A stretch of 64,000 nucleotides of DNA from Octopus sinensis (GCF_006345805.1 NC_043004.1:55614001-55678000); one strand, 5' to 3'; shown: positions 1-13,685, counted from the stretch's first letter. The notes: generated by a model from the sequence alone, not told the origin. Program-made: numbers and translations.

Positions 1-153
1 ACCTGTTTCGTTAGTAATAAAGTTGCGAGGCTATCTGTCTGTCTGTCTGTCTGTCTCTCAATATGTATGTATGTTCCGCATATATGTGCCAATATTTCTA
101 AGTATGTGTGTGCATACGTGTATGTGTATGTGTGTGTGTTTGTTCGTTTGTTT

Positions 154-565
154 CGATCTTTTCGGTTTGAACGGCAGTTTTTTCTAGCGGTGTCATATGA
201 AATTGTCACCCATAATTATGACCCTAGTATCGATCTATTGCATTTCAATCTGTTTTAGGGTTAAGGGTGGTGGGAAGGGTATCTTTTTTTCTTCACAAAT
301 GTAAATAAACCCAATCTGTTTCTTAAATGAGGGACATATTCATACGGCACAGAATGTTTTTTTTTTATCTCAATAGAGGTCAGTGATTGGTTGAAATTGC
401 AGAAATTGAAGAAAAACAACAAATTTCTTACAAACTATAGAATTTTCTCAATAAAACCAAGAGAAAAAGATGCTTTATAAACACATTCTACCAGTATACA
501 AAGTTTACAATTTTTTAGTTACCTAGAAATTATGTTAAAAACTGCCGTTCAAACCGAAAAGATCC
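154..565. mobile_element. MITE with ~28-bp TIRs and 8-bp TSD (Merlin-like)
   Basis: TIR gatcttttcggtttgaacggcagtttt / aaaactgccgttcaaaccgaaaagatc. TSD gtttgttt at 146-153 and 566-573. Confidence 0.8.
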
Positions 566-3370
566 GTTTGTTTGTTTGTGTGTGTGTTTGTGTGTCTGGG
601 GGGGGGGGGTGTATGTATTCCAAAGTTTAACATATTTCTTACGGGAGCCGGATACAATTTGACGATTGTCACTTGAAAATAAGATTATTAAAAAAATCGT
701 TCCTGTTATCATAAATTTAGTGTCGGCACGGCACCTATTGCTTCTTTTCTTTCATTTTCAGTTAATATTCAGAAACTCGGGTCTGTGAGTATCTCGTCAG
801 GCTGGAGATGGTCCTCTGTTTCTCTGTTGTTTTGCTTATTTTATATTTCTTATAACTGACTTGTGTTTTTCATTATCCTAAATAGATTTATGATTTTGGC
901 TTTTTCTGCCCCAGGAACTTGAAAGGGCAAAATTTCTATTTGATGACATGACCACATCTGACACAAAATAGTTGTGTCCCCCTTCAGAGATTTCTTGGCA
1001 CAGCCATACTGATGTCGTTCATCTTTAGTCAATGTCACCAGTATTAGAGTTTTGTCTCTTGAGGAAGAAACAATATTATCTTGGTTGATTTGAGTTGTAG
1101 CAATTCGTTTAACCCATCCAACAAATCCTCTTAGGGTTCAACGTAAAGTCGATTGCTCAGTCATGTTTGTTCTGTGTTCCGTCAAGATTTCTAGCTATTA
1201 AACTCGTACAGAGAAAGCCTAGTCCATGCTAAATGGCTGCCGCCACCAAGAATGCTTCGCGAAGAGGGTGATTTGACATACTGCAGGATGAAAAACAAAA
1301 CCTGCTAAAGGACGAATGAACTCATTAAAATCAACAGTCATTCGGTACTGTGTACACAAAACTGGTCTTGCTATTTCTCACGGACAGCAATAGTCTCAGC
1401 AACAATCACAGACAAACTGGTGACTTTAAAGCAGAAAACACGGTGACGGTGTGGAGGAGTGACACACTTTCAACAATGGGTACAACAGGTCCCACTAAGC
1501 ATAGAAACATGAGAATAAGAAAATAAGCACGGTGTACCATATTACTGAGAGTGAGTGACCCCTAGACCTCGTTAGGACAGGGCTTGAAGTGAAGAAAGAC
1601 TCCGATTTTTTTTTTGTGCTCAGAGTGTAGGACTGGTTGTGTGCAAGGTCTCTCTTCACTTTAAAAGGCATCATGCACAGGTATCGCTTGACGTACTATC
1701 ACCATCATCTTATACTCGAGAACGAGGAAGCAGCTATTACACACACACACGCACACACACAGATTATTCTTGCAAAGTCTTTGCAATGCAAATTGAACGT
1801 ATTTCTATTCTGTTCTTTAGTTGTCTGGTGTTTCTTGGAGGTATGTCTACATCATAAAATGTTCATTACGACTCTTTTTGCACTACAGTTTACGAAAGTA
1901 TAGAAATTTGTGAAATATAATTATATGGAAAGCCTAATAGCTAAAATCGGAATATATATAGAATATATTCTGTATTTATTTAAGCATGAAGTTTGGTTTA
2001 TTTTCGAGAGTACTTTTTATTTAGTTGTCCTGTTTTTCGCTTTTATACAATTGTCTTGCTAATCGTGTAGCATAAAAATACATTTTCGATGTAATCGTAA
2101 TGTATGTTGGACCACTGAACTTAACAAGTTTTTTTCCTTCTCTCTCTATTTATTTCCTCTTATCCCTTTCTGTGGAAAAGCATAGACTCGAAACGGAAAA
2201 GACATTTCCATTTTTCCCAAGCGTCAAACTAATACACTTGCTTGCTGTTCCTACACCTGTCTTCGTCTTTGTCTTTCTATAAATTTGATCAAAGAAGTGC
2301 TCAAATAAATGAGACAAGGATAATTAAACATTGGTCATAGAACAAACATTAAAATGAGTTAACAACTCTATATACGGTATCAAACCTCCAACATACATCA
2401 TATATAAATAAATGTTACCATAGCTTTCATAATATATAAATCAAAATTAAAATATATAAGACATACAAATACAGAAAACCCTCAAAGGTAAAAAAATATA
2501 TATGTATGCGAAAAAAACACGTATAGGAACGTCCCATCTAAAAACGACTAAAAATTTACAAAATACTTAAAATACTAAAAATGTGTCATGCTGAAATAAG
2601 GAATAAACCGAAGCTCTGTGTTTCTTTCAATTGCTTTAAATATAACTAAGAATTTAGTAAAATAACTTAGTTATCATTAAGCTAGTGTTAGGAACATAAA
2701 TTTTGACTAAGGTTTGGTAGAATATTTTAATTCAAAACTTATGGAAGTAAGACATTTGTACTCAGAGCCAGAGCCGGGTTGGTAACGAAAGGGATAAACT
2801 AAACACATTATCTATGGCCATTTCAGGAGCACATTACCATACTTAGATTGCAATTGATACATATCACACCAATGGGCCCCTCGTCAGGATGAATAGAGAG
2901 ATAGGATACATATACAAGACCAGGACCCAACCTTCTGAGTTCTTTTACAGGGCTTAGGCAATAAGTGTGTAAATCTGAGAGAAGAATATGTTGAATAAAA
3001 TCATAATTAACAGATATTCTTGTATTTTCTTTTACCTAAAGCCAGGAACTTTTCAGCACCCCTCGTATGTACCGACACTAAGTTTATTAAGCAAATAACA
3101 GACAAATGAATGATGATGTCAGATGAGCTGAAAGGCGAACTATAACTGTCCAGCTTGTAAGTATAAAGTAGTGAACTGCGGCCATGTGGTGGCACGATCT
3201 TGGATGGTTTAAGCCAAACAAATTACCTCCAGTACTTATTAAAAAAAAACAAAACAAAACTGGTACTTATTAAATCAGTCTCTTTGCCGCACTGCTAAGT
3301 TATGGAAAAGTAAACAAACCATCACTGGTTGCCAAATGGTGATGGTGACGAACACAAAAACAGACAGGCA

Positions 3371-3420
<50 letters not shown>

Positions 3421-3443
3421 TACCTACCTCCCTACCTACCCAC

Positions 3444-3474
<31 letters not shown>

Positions 3475-3499
3475 CATACATACATACATACATACATAC

Positions 3500-3845
3500 A
3501 TGATGGCCGTCCACTCGTGACCGAGGAAGACCATTGCCGACCTTCAGGAACATTGTGCGCTCTAGGACTAACTTATATTTTGCATTTGCGGCTCCACTGG
3601 TGGCTAATGAGCCCTGCTCTTGACAAGCATACACGACTGCAAACATTGCAGACCAAGCTTTCCCCATTCACTATACGAGCCGTGCGCTTTCGTGCAGCTC
3701 GCTTAAGTTCTTCATGCTGGATACGTGCTCTCTCAAAAGTGTCGATCCCCTCCTTAACCTGCTTCCTCTATCTGTGGCGATGACATGCATTGTTCTCCCA
3801 GTCAGTGACCTGCATATCAAAAGCCTTTAACGAGGACTTGACACA
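3500..3845 (-). mobile_element. RTE-clade LINE 3' fragment between (CATA)n arrays
   Basis: ..DWENNA..EGIDTFE..LVCNVCSRVCLSRAGLISH.., resembling the C-terminal C2H2 finger of RTE ORF2. Confidence 0.7.
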
Positions 3846-3857
3846 GTCAAGTCCTCG

Positions 3858-3888
<31 letters not shown>

Positions 3889-4102
3889 CATACATACATA
3901 CAGACATACATACATACATACATACGTACATACATACGTACGTACGTACGTACAATAGACTTGTTTCCGTCTACCAAATCCATTTACACGGCTTTGTGCT
4001 ACGTAGTGGGATTGGACATGGAACCATGTAGATGAGAAGCAAGCTTCTTACTTTACAGCCACTGTATGTTCTGATGGTGAGGTTAAAGAAAGGCAGAGAA
4101 AA

Positions 4103-4143
<41 letters not shown>

Positions 4144-4330
4144 TGATGATGGTGGTGGTGTAGTGATGCTGGTGGAGATGAAGGTGGTGGCGACGGTGAT
4201 TGGATTGTGAAAAGTGTATTTTTTAAAAATTGAACTAAGTTTTTTTTATATCACTTATCACTAAACGCATGCACATAAGTGCAATTCCGTGAAATATTCA
4301 CGCTTATTTACGTGGCAGACATATATATAT

Positions 4331-4562
4331 ATTTCTTTACTGCCCACAAGGGGCTAAACACAAAGGGGACAAACAAGGACAGACAAACGGATTAAGTCGA
4401 TTACATCGACCCCAGTGCGTAACTGGTACTTAATTTATCGACCCCGAAAGGATGAAAGGCAAAGTCGACCTCGGCGGAATTTGAACTCAGAACGTAACGG
4501 CAGACGAAATACGGCTACGCATTTCGCCCGGCGTGCTAACGTTTCTGCCAGCTCGCCGCCTT
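4331..4562 (-). mobile_element. SINE family B (Tx1-like 3' tail)
   Basis: Head aaggcggcgagctggcagaa, B-box gagttcaaattcc, tail ttgtcccctttgtgtttagccccttgtgggcagtaaagaaat. Confidence 0.88.
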
Positions 4563-4862
4563 AGTGAGTACATATATAATTTAACTAAAGGTTGTATCAT
4601 AAGTATGGGAGGTTTTTTTTTTTTGTTAATGGGAAAAATGGAAAAATAAGAGCGAATATTTATTTTATGAGTGTTATATTAAGTCTATAAAACTGTGCAT
4701 AAAGTATATAAAGTGTATATATAAAGTGCATTAAGTAGTCATCGTATTCCAATTTCTTTCACTTTTAATAAGTTTCAGATGAGTGACTATTTTTCAATAC
4801 AGACACATAACTGGCAACGCTTTCAGGGGTTTTGGATAAATTTTCAAAAATAGCATAATAGG

Positions 4863-5269
4863 TTTACTCTTTTTACTCTTTTACTTGTTTCAGTCATTTG
4901 ACTGTGGCACTGCCTTTAGTCGAATCAAATCGACCCCAGGACTTATTCTTTGTAAGCCTAGTACTTATTCTATCGGTGTCTTTTGCCGAACCGTTAAGTT
5001 ACGGGGACTTAAATAAACCAGCATCGGTTGCCAAACGACATTGAGGACACACACACACACACACACACACACCACACACACACACATATATATATATACA
5101 TATGTACGACGGGCTTCTTTCAGTTTCCGTCTACCAAATCCAATCACAAGGCTTTGGTCGGTCCGAGGCTATAGTAGAAGACACTTGCCCATGGTGCCAC
5201 GGAGTGGGACTGAACCCGGAACCATGTGGTTCGTAAGCAAGCTACCTATCACACAGCCACTCCTACGCC
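4863..5269 (-). mobile_element. SINE family A (tRNA-like head, internal microsatellite, GAGTAAAA tail)
   Basis: Matches the copies at 26151, 39792, 50556, 53669 and 60160. Confidence 0.85.
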
Positions 5270-6123
5270 TACGTTTACCATTAATTCTGTGAAATATTCA
5301 CGGGTCCTGCTAGTGAGGAAATATTCAACAATTCAGAAGGCTCTAAACCTCTTTTCTTCCACAGAAAATTAATTCATTCTACTATTGAACCTTTTGGCTT
5401 CCACTATTTACCGAGGCTAAGTTGGCATTAAAATGGACACCAATAGTAATAGAAAATCTGGAGAGCTGGTAAACACCTTAAAAGAAACAGCTGAAGAGAA
5501 ATGGATCTTATATGGAGCAAGAAAGACCAGTGTGAACAGCATTGAATCGTCGAAGCCTTATTTCCCAACAGCTAAAGAAAAGCTAATCATAGGTATCACT
5601 CACAAGCGAGTATGACTCGATATTATGTATCATACTTTCACTTAAGGTTTTCGGTGCCTGCGTAGTTACGAGTAAACGCTGACACCCTATCATCGGTTCT
5701 ACCCATCGCCCTCTCAACCCAACAGAATATCTATAATGTGACAACTGAAGAGAGGGCAGGCTGTACCATCAATTGGTTGGTATTTATTTTAGCTAGGTGA
5801 CTGGAGTAATATGAAATGATGGTTCATGTTTAATAACGTAACGCGCCTTCCGATACGGGAATCGAAACGTGAGCAGAAGGAAAAAGAAGAAAAAAGGATG
5901 AAATAAAAATATTATGTGATGACGCAGGCCATCATTAGATTCTCCAGGTTCTATTATTATACAATAAGATACTGGCGGCAAATTGTATTAATTCAACAGT
6001 ATACAAGAATGGGTTACATCAGTAAAAGAAAAAAATTAAAACCATATAATAGTTTCAAATTTTGGCACAAGGCCAGCAATTTTAGGAGAGGGGATAAATC
6101 GATCACATCGACCCCAGTACTCA

Positions 6124-6182
6124 AGGGTTTTAGGGTTAGGGTTAGTGTTAGGGTTTTAGGGTTAGGGTTAGGGTTAGTGTTG
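6124..6182 (+). repeat. Interstitial degenerate (TTAGGG)n tract
   Basis: gggttttagggttagggttagtgttagggttttagggttagggttagggttag at the edge of an unclassified insertion. Confidence 0.8.
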
Positions 6183-6589
6183 GGGAAAAAGTCAAAATTG
6201 AAGAAGTTGGGGGGAAAGGAGGGGGAAACTTTTTCACAATGCTGATTTTTGGCAATTTTCCGGAACCTCCGTATCCGAAAACGGGGATTTTTGGCAAAAA
6301 AATTACAAAAATAAACAAATTTGGGAGAAAATGGTAGTGGTGGTGGTGGAAACTTTCCGAGTATTTTCTCTGACTGTCTAACGATTCCGCCAACCTAACC
6401 TTATTATTTCTAATTTAGGCACATCTAGGAAATTCTGAGAAAAAACTAATGAATTTCATCGACTCCAGTAGTTGACTGGTACTTTATTTTATCGATACTA
6501 AAAGAAATAATGCTAAGTTGGCATCGGCGGAAATTGAGAGAGCATAAAGAGCAGAACAAATATCGAAAAACGTTGTATTCGTTTATACT

Positions 6590-6977
6590 CTAGGCACAAG
6601 GCCCGAAGTTTTAGGGGGAGGGAGCCAGTCGATTAGATCGACCCCAGTACGAAACTAGTACATAATTTATCGACCTCGAAAGGATGAAAGGCAAAGTCGA
6701 CCTCAGTGGTATTTGAACTCAGAACATAAAAACAGACGAAATACCTATTTCTTTACTACCCACAAGGGGCTAAACACAGAGGGGACAAACAAGGACAGAC
6801 AAACGGATTAAGTCGATTACGTCGACCCCAGTGCGTAACTGGTACTTAATTTATCGACCCCGAAAGGATGAAAGGCAAAGTCGACCTCGGCGGTATTTGA
6901 ACTCAGACCATAAAGGCAGACGAAATACCGCTAAGCATTCCGCCCAGCATGCTATTGATTCTGCCAGCTCGCCGCCA
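6590..6977 (-). mobile_element. Nested SINE B inside SINE B' (alternative tail)
   Basis: The B tail is joined to a|ggtatttcgtctg, followed by a second body with the B' tail. Confidence 0.75.
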
Positions 6978-7780
6978 ATATCGAAAAGCATTGTATTCGA
7001 TGCGCTAGCGATTGTATGAATTCACACCCTGTTATGAAAGATAATGATAAAGTTCTACAACTACAGCAACACAATATGGTAATAAATTTACATTAAATAT
7101 ACCTTCTTTGTCCAGATATTCGATGAACTGTGACAATTATGCTGGATCCTGGCGCCATAAGAAAATGATAGAAAACGAAATCTTCTAATAAGCAATTAAA
7201 ATGAATAAATAAGAAACAAGATAATATAACTTGCTTTTCTGGAGACCAATTTACAGAAGTGCTTCGAGTGACTGTAATTAATCAGACGAAAACAAAAGTT
7301 AACACCCGAAATAACAACGGCAACAATAACGACGATTAATGTAGACTAATAATAGAATAATTAGATTTTGTCAAACCTTAATTAGTACCTCAGTTGATTG
7401 GCTGCTATTTATAAATTAATTTGTAAATGAATTTCCAGTTCAAAAAGTGTTCTTTAGTTACAAATGTGATTATTATTTTTTATCTGTGCTTTTTATGAAT
7501 CAGATCATAATGGTGATAATGTAGAATAAATAAACAATTGACAAGATTAGTTACTGAACTAACGACAACAATAATAAAACAGAAGTTAGACTTTATTCCG
7601 AAGATTTTGTATCATTTCAGCGTTAATGAATTAATGTGACGGAAATGACCGAAACATTGGATGATATGACTGATTAAAAGAATTCTTTATTTTAAATATC
7701 TATTTTCAGCTCTCTGTGTTCTAATCTGACAGAAATCGTCTTTAAGCTTCGTTAAACTATAATCAACAAAATATACTCCA

Positions 7781-8170
7781 ATACAATAATATACATACAT
7801 GTATAACATATTATGCTTTACATATAAGATACAAATACATATATTAATATATTTTATATCTTAGATGTAAAGCAAAATATGTTATACATGTATGTATATT
7901 ATTGTAATTGTCAGTTTAGTAAATAAATAAATAAGTTAACATAATAGGATCTTTTCCTTTTGAACGGCAGATGTCAACACAATTTCTAGTTAACTAAACA
8001 CTTTAAAACTTCGTATACTGGTAGAATGTGTTTATAAAACATCATTTTCTCTTGGTTTTATTGAGAAAATTCTATAGTTTGTAAGATATTTCGTCTGAAA
8101 ATCCGAGCATTTCGGCAATTTTAACCAATCGATTACCTCCATTCAACTAAAATCATTTGCTGCGTCTAAA
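7781..8170 (+). repeat. Local duplicate of 9190-9562 (flank plus left part of the MITE)
   Basis: Near-identical ~380 bp including the left TSD and TIR. Confidence 0.85.
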
Positions 8171-8593
8171 TGTTAAAATATTTCTATATATTACTTAATA
8201 CTGCATTACTGAGTTAAAATCATGTTTTGCAGAACTTTTTCTTAATCGCCGTTTGGTAGTTGCGATATATCCTCTCGAGGCAGAGACAATTTTAATAAAT
8301 CAATAATTTATTTCATAGAGTATTTGATATACTTGTGTTTATCTATGTTTGTCAAATACATGCCGGTGGTATGTATTTGTTATTCTGTTTACCAATATTT
8401 GTTCAGTTCAAGGCGGCGAGCTGGCAGAATTGTTGGCATGCCTGACAAAATATTTAACGACAATTCGTCCATTACGTTTTGAGTTCAAATTCCGCCGAGG
8501 TCGACTTTGCCTTTCATCCTTCTGAGTTAATAAAATAAATACCAGTTGAGAACTGAGGTAAGTGTAATCAACCTACTCGATAAAATAAATACC

Positions 8594-8821
8594 TATTTCT
8601 TTATTACCCACAAGGGGCTAAACACAGAGGGGACAAAACAAGGACAGACATAGGTATTAAGTCGATTACATCGACCCCAGTGCGTAACTGGTACTTAATT
8701 TATCGACCCCGAAAGGATGAAAGGCAAAGTCGACCTCGACGGAATTTGAACTCACAACGTAACGGCAGATGAAATACCGCTAGGCATTTGGACCGGCGTG
8801 TTAACGTTTCTGCCAGGTCAC
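8594..8821 (-). mobile_element. SINE family B with 16-bp TSD, inside a B' copy
   Basis: TSD cgataaaataaatacc at 8578-8593 and 8822-8837. Confidence 0.88.
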
Positions 8822-9339
8822 CGATAAAATAAATACCAGTTAAATACTACTGGGGTCGATGTAATCAACTAGTCCCCTTCCCGAACATGCTGGCCTTGTG
8901 CCAAAATTTGAAATCAATATCTGTTCTGTTATAAGGCAGCGAGCTGGCAGAATCATTAGCACGCCGGGAAAAATGCTGAACGGTGTAGTCGACCAACCCC
9001 TCTCCCGAAATAGCTGACCTCGTACCAAAATTTGAAACCAATAATAACTGAAAGATCTTTACAGAAGCTATAACCCTTAGTCGAGAAGGAAAGACAATTT
9101 CTTGCACGAGGAGCCGAAATGGTCAAATGAAAAGAGATCAATTTCTGGAATATCGCATTTGTTTGGCGTATAAGCTTTCACCCGTTTTACAATAATATAC
9201 ATACATGTATAACATATTATGCTTTACATATAAGATACAAATATATATATTAATATATTTTATATCTTAGATGTAAAGTAAAATATGTATATTATTGTAA
9301 TTGTCAGTTTAGTAAATAAATAAATAAGTTAACATAATA

Positions 9340-9971
9340 GGATCTTTTCCTTTTGAACGGCAGATGTCAACACAATTTCTAGTTAACTAAACACTTAAAA
9401 AACTTCGTTTACTGGTAGAATGTGTTTATAAACCATCATTTTCTCTTGGTTTTATTGAGAAAATTCTATAGTTTGTAAGATATTTCGTCTGAAAATCCGA
9501 GCATTTCGGCAATTTTAGCCAATCGATTACCTCCATTCAACTAAAATCATTTGCTGCGTCTAAAACTAAGACATCATGTAACTAACCCTAAACCTCCCCC
9601 CTAACCCTAACCCTAAATTTTTTTTAATTGTTAAATTAATTTAATTCCATTGCTTTAGTTTTTTTACACGCGTAACAATTAAATTAATTTAACAATTAAG
9701 AAAAAAAATTGGGGTTAGGGTTAGGGTTAGGGGGAGGTTTAGGGTTAGTTACAGGATGCTGTCTCAGTTTTAGACGCAGCAAATGATTTTAGCTCAAAAG
9801 AGAGCATAGGATTGGTTAAAATTCGAAAAATTAAACTACGTTAAACAAACAAATTACAATTTTCTCAAGAAAGCCAAGAGAAAAAAATGTTTTATTTTGA
9901 CACATTCTACCAGTATACGAAGTTTTAAAGTGTTTACTAGAAATTGTCTGCCGTTCAAAAGGAAAAGATCC
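9340..9971. mobile_element. Fold-back MITE with GG-terminal TIRs and 8-bp TSD (Merlin-like)
   Basis: TIR ggatcttttccttttgaacggcaga. TSD acataata at 9332-9339 and 9972-9979. Long imperfect inverted arms containing TTAGGG runs. Confidence 0.85.
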
Positions 9972-10031
9972 ACATAATATAATGTCTAAAAGTTGATGAA
10001 CCACCTATTGATCCCTTCCATTTTCTTATTG

Positions 10032-10116
<85 letters not shown>

Positions 10117-11007
10117 CTGACACACACAAACATGCGCGCGCGCACACTCACACACAAAAGGTGCGGTGCATAAACTGTCATCTAATTTACCCATCGCAAT
10201 CATATATAACGACAGGTATATACAGAGGCTAACAATAAGAATGGTCTCGTAAATAGAGCAACGCGTACAGAAACACACAGAAAATGGTGGCTTTGATCAA
10301 AGATTTGTTTTCTGTATGTAAACTACATGGATAACTTGTACCTGTCTCTTCAATTGGATTAATCCTATACACGCTCAACAGGTGGTAACATTCAATATCA
10401 CCGTCACAAACAAAGATCTATAAAAACATGTCAATACAGCCTTAATCTGTTAAATTGATTATTCCCTCTCTATACACACCGCTCTCTCTCACTGTTTTTC
10501 CACTCCGTCCCCTCATTATGACATACATACATATACATACATACATACATACATACATACATACATACATACATACATACACACACATACATATGGTGTG
10601 TGTGAGCTTGCGCGTGTGTCTGCATATACGTGAGATAAGCAAGGGGCTTACAATTTCGAACTATAACGCTTTCTTTCGATCGACGCCTCTGTTCACAGTT
10701 ACACGTCAGCAGTTTGGAAATAATGAAATGTTTTGTCTTCAAAGTCTATTGTCAGCGATGGGAAAATTTGGGGTCCGCTGTCACTTCTAAAACAATGTTT
10801 TATTGAACACTTGTCACATTTTCGATTACTAAATAGACAAAAATTATAAATGTGTACGTCTGTGTGGCAAGAAACTTGCTTCTCAGCCACACGGTTCTGG
10901 GTTCAGTCCCACTGAATGAAACCTTTGGCAAGTGTCTTCTACTACAGCCCGTGGCCGACCAAAACCCTGTGAGTGGATTTGGTAGATGCAAACAGAAAGA
11001 AACCCGT

Positions 11008-11051
<44 letters not shown>

Positions 11052-11127
11052 TATATAAACACAAGAAAACACAAGAAAACACAAAAAAAAACACAGCAAC
11101 GCGAGGACGTGGAACAAATAAATATCT

Positions 11128-11356
11128 TATTTCTTTATTGCCCACAAGGGGCTAAGCATAGAGGGGACAAACAAGAACAGACAAAGGGATTAAGTCGATT
11201 ACATCGACTCCAGTGCGTAACTGGTACTTAATTTATCGACCTCGAAAGGATGAAAGACAAAGTCGACCTCGGCGGAATTTGAACTCAGAACGTAACGGCA
11301 GACGAAATACCACTATGTATTTCGCCCAGCGTGCTAACGTTTCTGCCAGCTGGCCA
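11128..11356 (-). mobile_element. SINE family B
   Basis: Family B consensus. Confidence 0.85.
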
Positions 11357-12023
11357 TGCAAACATATCTATGTGTGTCACTAGATCTGTGTTTGTCCCCC
11401 TTCACCTCTGATCAGGTGTTGGTTTGTGTACGTATCTGCTATATAGCAGTTCGGCATAGAAAAACAATAGAAATAAGTACCAAGCTTTAAACAAGTATTT
11501 GGGATCGATTTGTTCCATTACATTATTCAATGGCTGCAGTCTAATGACTGAAACAAATAAAGTGTAAAAGATGAAATTATGGAAGCATACAAGTAAAGAT
11601 TTTTACATAAGAAATCTGAACACATGTGCATTTCATGTCTCATACATATACATTTTTATTCATACATTTTCTATAGTAAAGGTAAAAATCACACACTCGC
11701 GCGCACATACACACATACTGACACACACACGCGTATCGTTATGGTAGTATTGTAAAATATATACGGATATGTTTTATTTTGAGCAAACATTTTCTGATAT
11801 AGAATTCAATCCGTTGAGTAGATTGGATAAATAGGTTTATTCTATCTTCTTGTCTGTTTGTCCCATAACGTGAAACTAAAACCAGAAACCATCTCTCTAC
11901 GATTTTCTTTCTTCTCTGTCTATCTATTTTCCCTCTCTTTCTTTCTCTCTGTCTTTCTTTCTCCTTTTCTCTCTCTCTCTCTTTTTCTTTCTTTTTCCCT
12001 CACTAAAAGTACACACACACACA

Positions 12024-12660
12024 CCTTTCCTAATCTTCTTCATAATTACAGCAATACAGAGCTATCCTTTGAGGGAGCTATCCTGGCTCAAAAAAATGTT
12101 GCAGTATATAGCATTAATAATATACTATTGAATAAGCTTCTGAGAGAAATATTTACTTATAACTCAATTGACAGTGTTGTTGATGATCAGGATAGTATTA
12201 ACTACCCCATCAAATTTTTGAACTCTCTAGAATTACCAGGTACAGCTCCTCAGTGTCTTCAGCTGAAAAAAAAGGACTCCTACTATGCTATTGCGTAATT
12301 TGTCTTAACCAAAATTATGCAACGGTACAAGATTAATTGTGCACAAACTTATGCGGAACTGCAATGAGGCAAATATTCTGGTTGTGGTAAAGGTGACACC
12401 GTCTTCATTTCTCGCATACCAGTTATACCATCTAATATCACATTCCAATTTAAACGGTTACAGTTTCCTATCCGAGTTTCTTTTGCCATGAGTATTGATA
12501 AAAGTCAGGGTCAAACACTAAAAGCTGCAGGATTGCAACTTGAAGAACCATGATTTTCACATAACCAACTTTATGTAGGAGCATCACGTGTGGGAGCAAT
12601 AGCAAATCTTTTGCGTATTGCATCACGAAATAAAACAAAGAAACATTGTTTATAAAGAAA
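12024..12660 (+). pseudogene. Helitron Rep/Hel PIF1-like helicase C-terminal remnant
   Basis: FPNL..GAILAQKN..YNSIDSV..FLNSLELPG..LCNGTRLIV..FKRLQFPIRVSFAMSIDKSQGQTL..QLYVGASRVG..NIVYKE. Confidence 0.85.
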
Positions 12661-13173
12661 CTAGCAGTATCGCCCGGCGTTGCTCGGGTTTGTAAGGGAA
12701 ATAACTATATAAGCATTTTTAGAGAGTTACTTCCCTTATAGATGCTAATTCGGGCTTTCTTAGCCATTTCTGTTTTGGTGTCTTCAAGCCATGAAGTCGT
12801 TGTTCTAAAAGAACGCTGGTCTCCTTGACAACGCTTTACGACGTTGATTTACTTACACTCCCTTCCCCACAGCTTCACGAGGGAGGGAAGAAGGGGGAGA
12901 AGCAAACAGGTGCAGGTGTGACCATGGACGCCAACTCCGCCGCCATCAACACACGAAAAATTATGCATTAAAATGGAATAAAAAATGATGTTAAATTATT
13001 TTTAAAATCGTAGACTCATCGTAGACGCGCGCTAATACTCAGACGGGCTCGATATGAATCACGACTCTAAGATACCCGAATTTGGTTAAACTGCACCGCA
13101 AAATGTGGGAGTAGTTAGGAATCTAAATCGAAGGGGTCAGACACTCACACAACTACAGTTTTATATATATAGA
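12661..13173 (-). mobile_element. Non-autonomous Helitron (copy 1)
   Basis: 5' TCTATATATATAAAA, 3' cccgagcaacgccgggcgatactgCTAG, inserted at A|T with no TSD. Confidence 0.85.
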
Positions 13174-13300
13174 TATTCACTCTTAATGCAACATGAATAC
13201 TTCAATAACTTAATTTCTCATTACTGTCATTGCATTCAAGAATGACTAAATTACCTATTTCAGTGAACTGTATTATATAATTACCATTACTGTATTGATA

Positions 13301-13685
13301 TCTTTATATATAAAAATCAAGTTGTGTGTCTGTCTCCTACGATTTAGATTCCTAACTACTCCCACATTTTGCGGTGCAGTTTAACCAAAACCGGGTATCT
13401 TATAGTCGTGATTCATATCGAGCCCTTCTGGGTATTAGCGCGCGTCTACGATGAGTCTACGATTAAAAAAAAAATTTACCATCATTTTTTTCCATTTTAA
13501 TGCATTGTTTTCGCTATTATATAAGGGAAGTAACTCTCTAAAAATGTCTACGATGAGTCAACGATTAAAAAAAATTTACCATCATTTTTTTTGCATTTTT
13601 TGCTATTTTTTGGCTATAACTCTCTAAAAATGCATATATAGTTATTTACCTTACAAACCCGAGCAACGCCGGGCGATACTGCTAG
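13301..13685 (+). mobile_element. Non-autonomous Helitron (copy 2)
   Basis: A|TCTTTATATATAAAA ... gccgggcgatactgCTAG|T. Confidence 0.85.

Noticed and set aside
1080-1620. Possible exon(s) of another host gene
   Set aside because: Acceptor-like sites exist, but all frames I tried hit stops or gave unrecognisable peptides.
6124-6182. TTAGGG tract as a chromosome end or fusion site
   Set aside because: Short, degenerate and single-orientation. Similar runs occur inside a MITE in this window.
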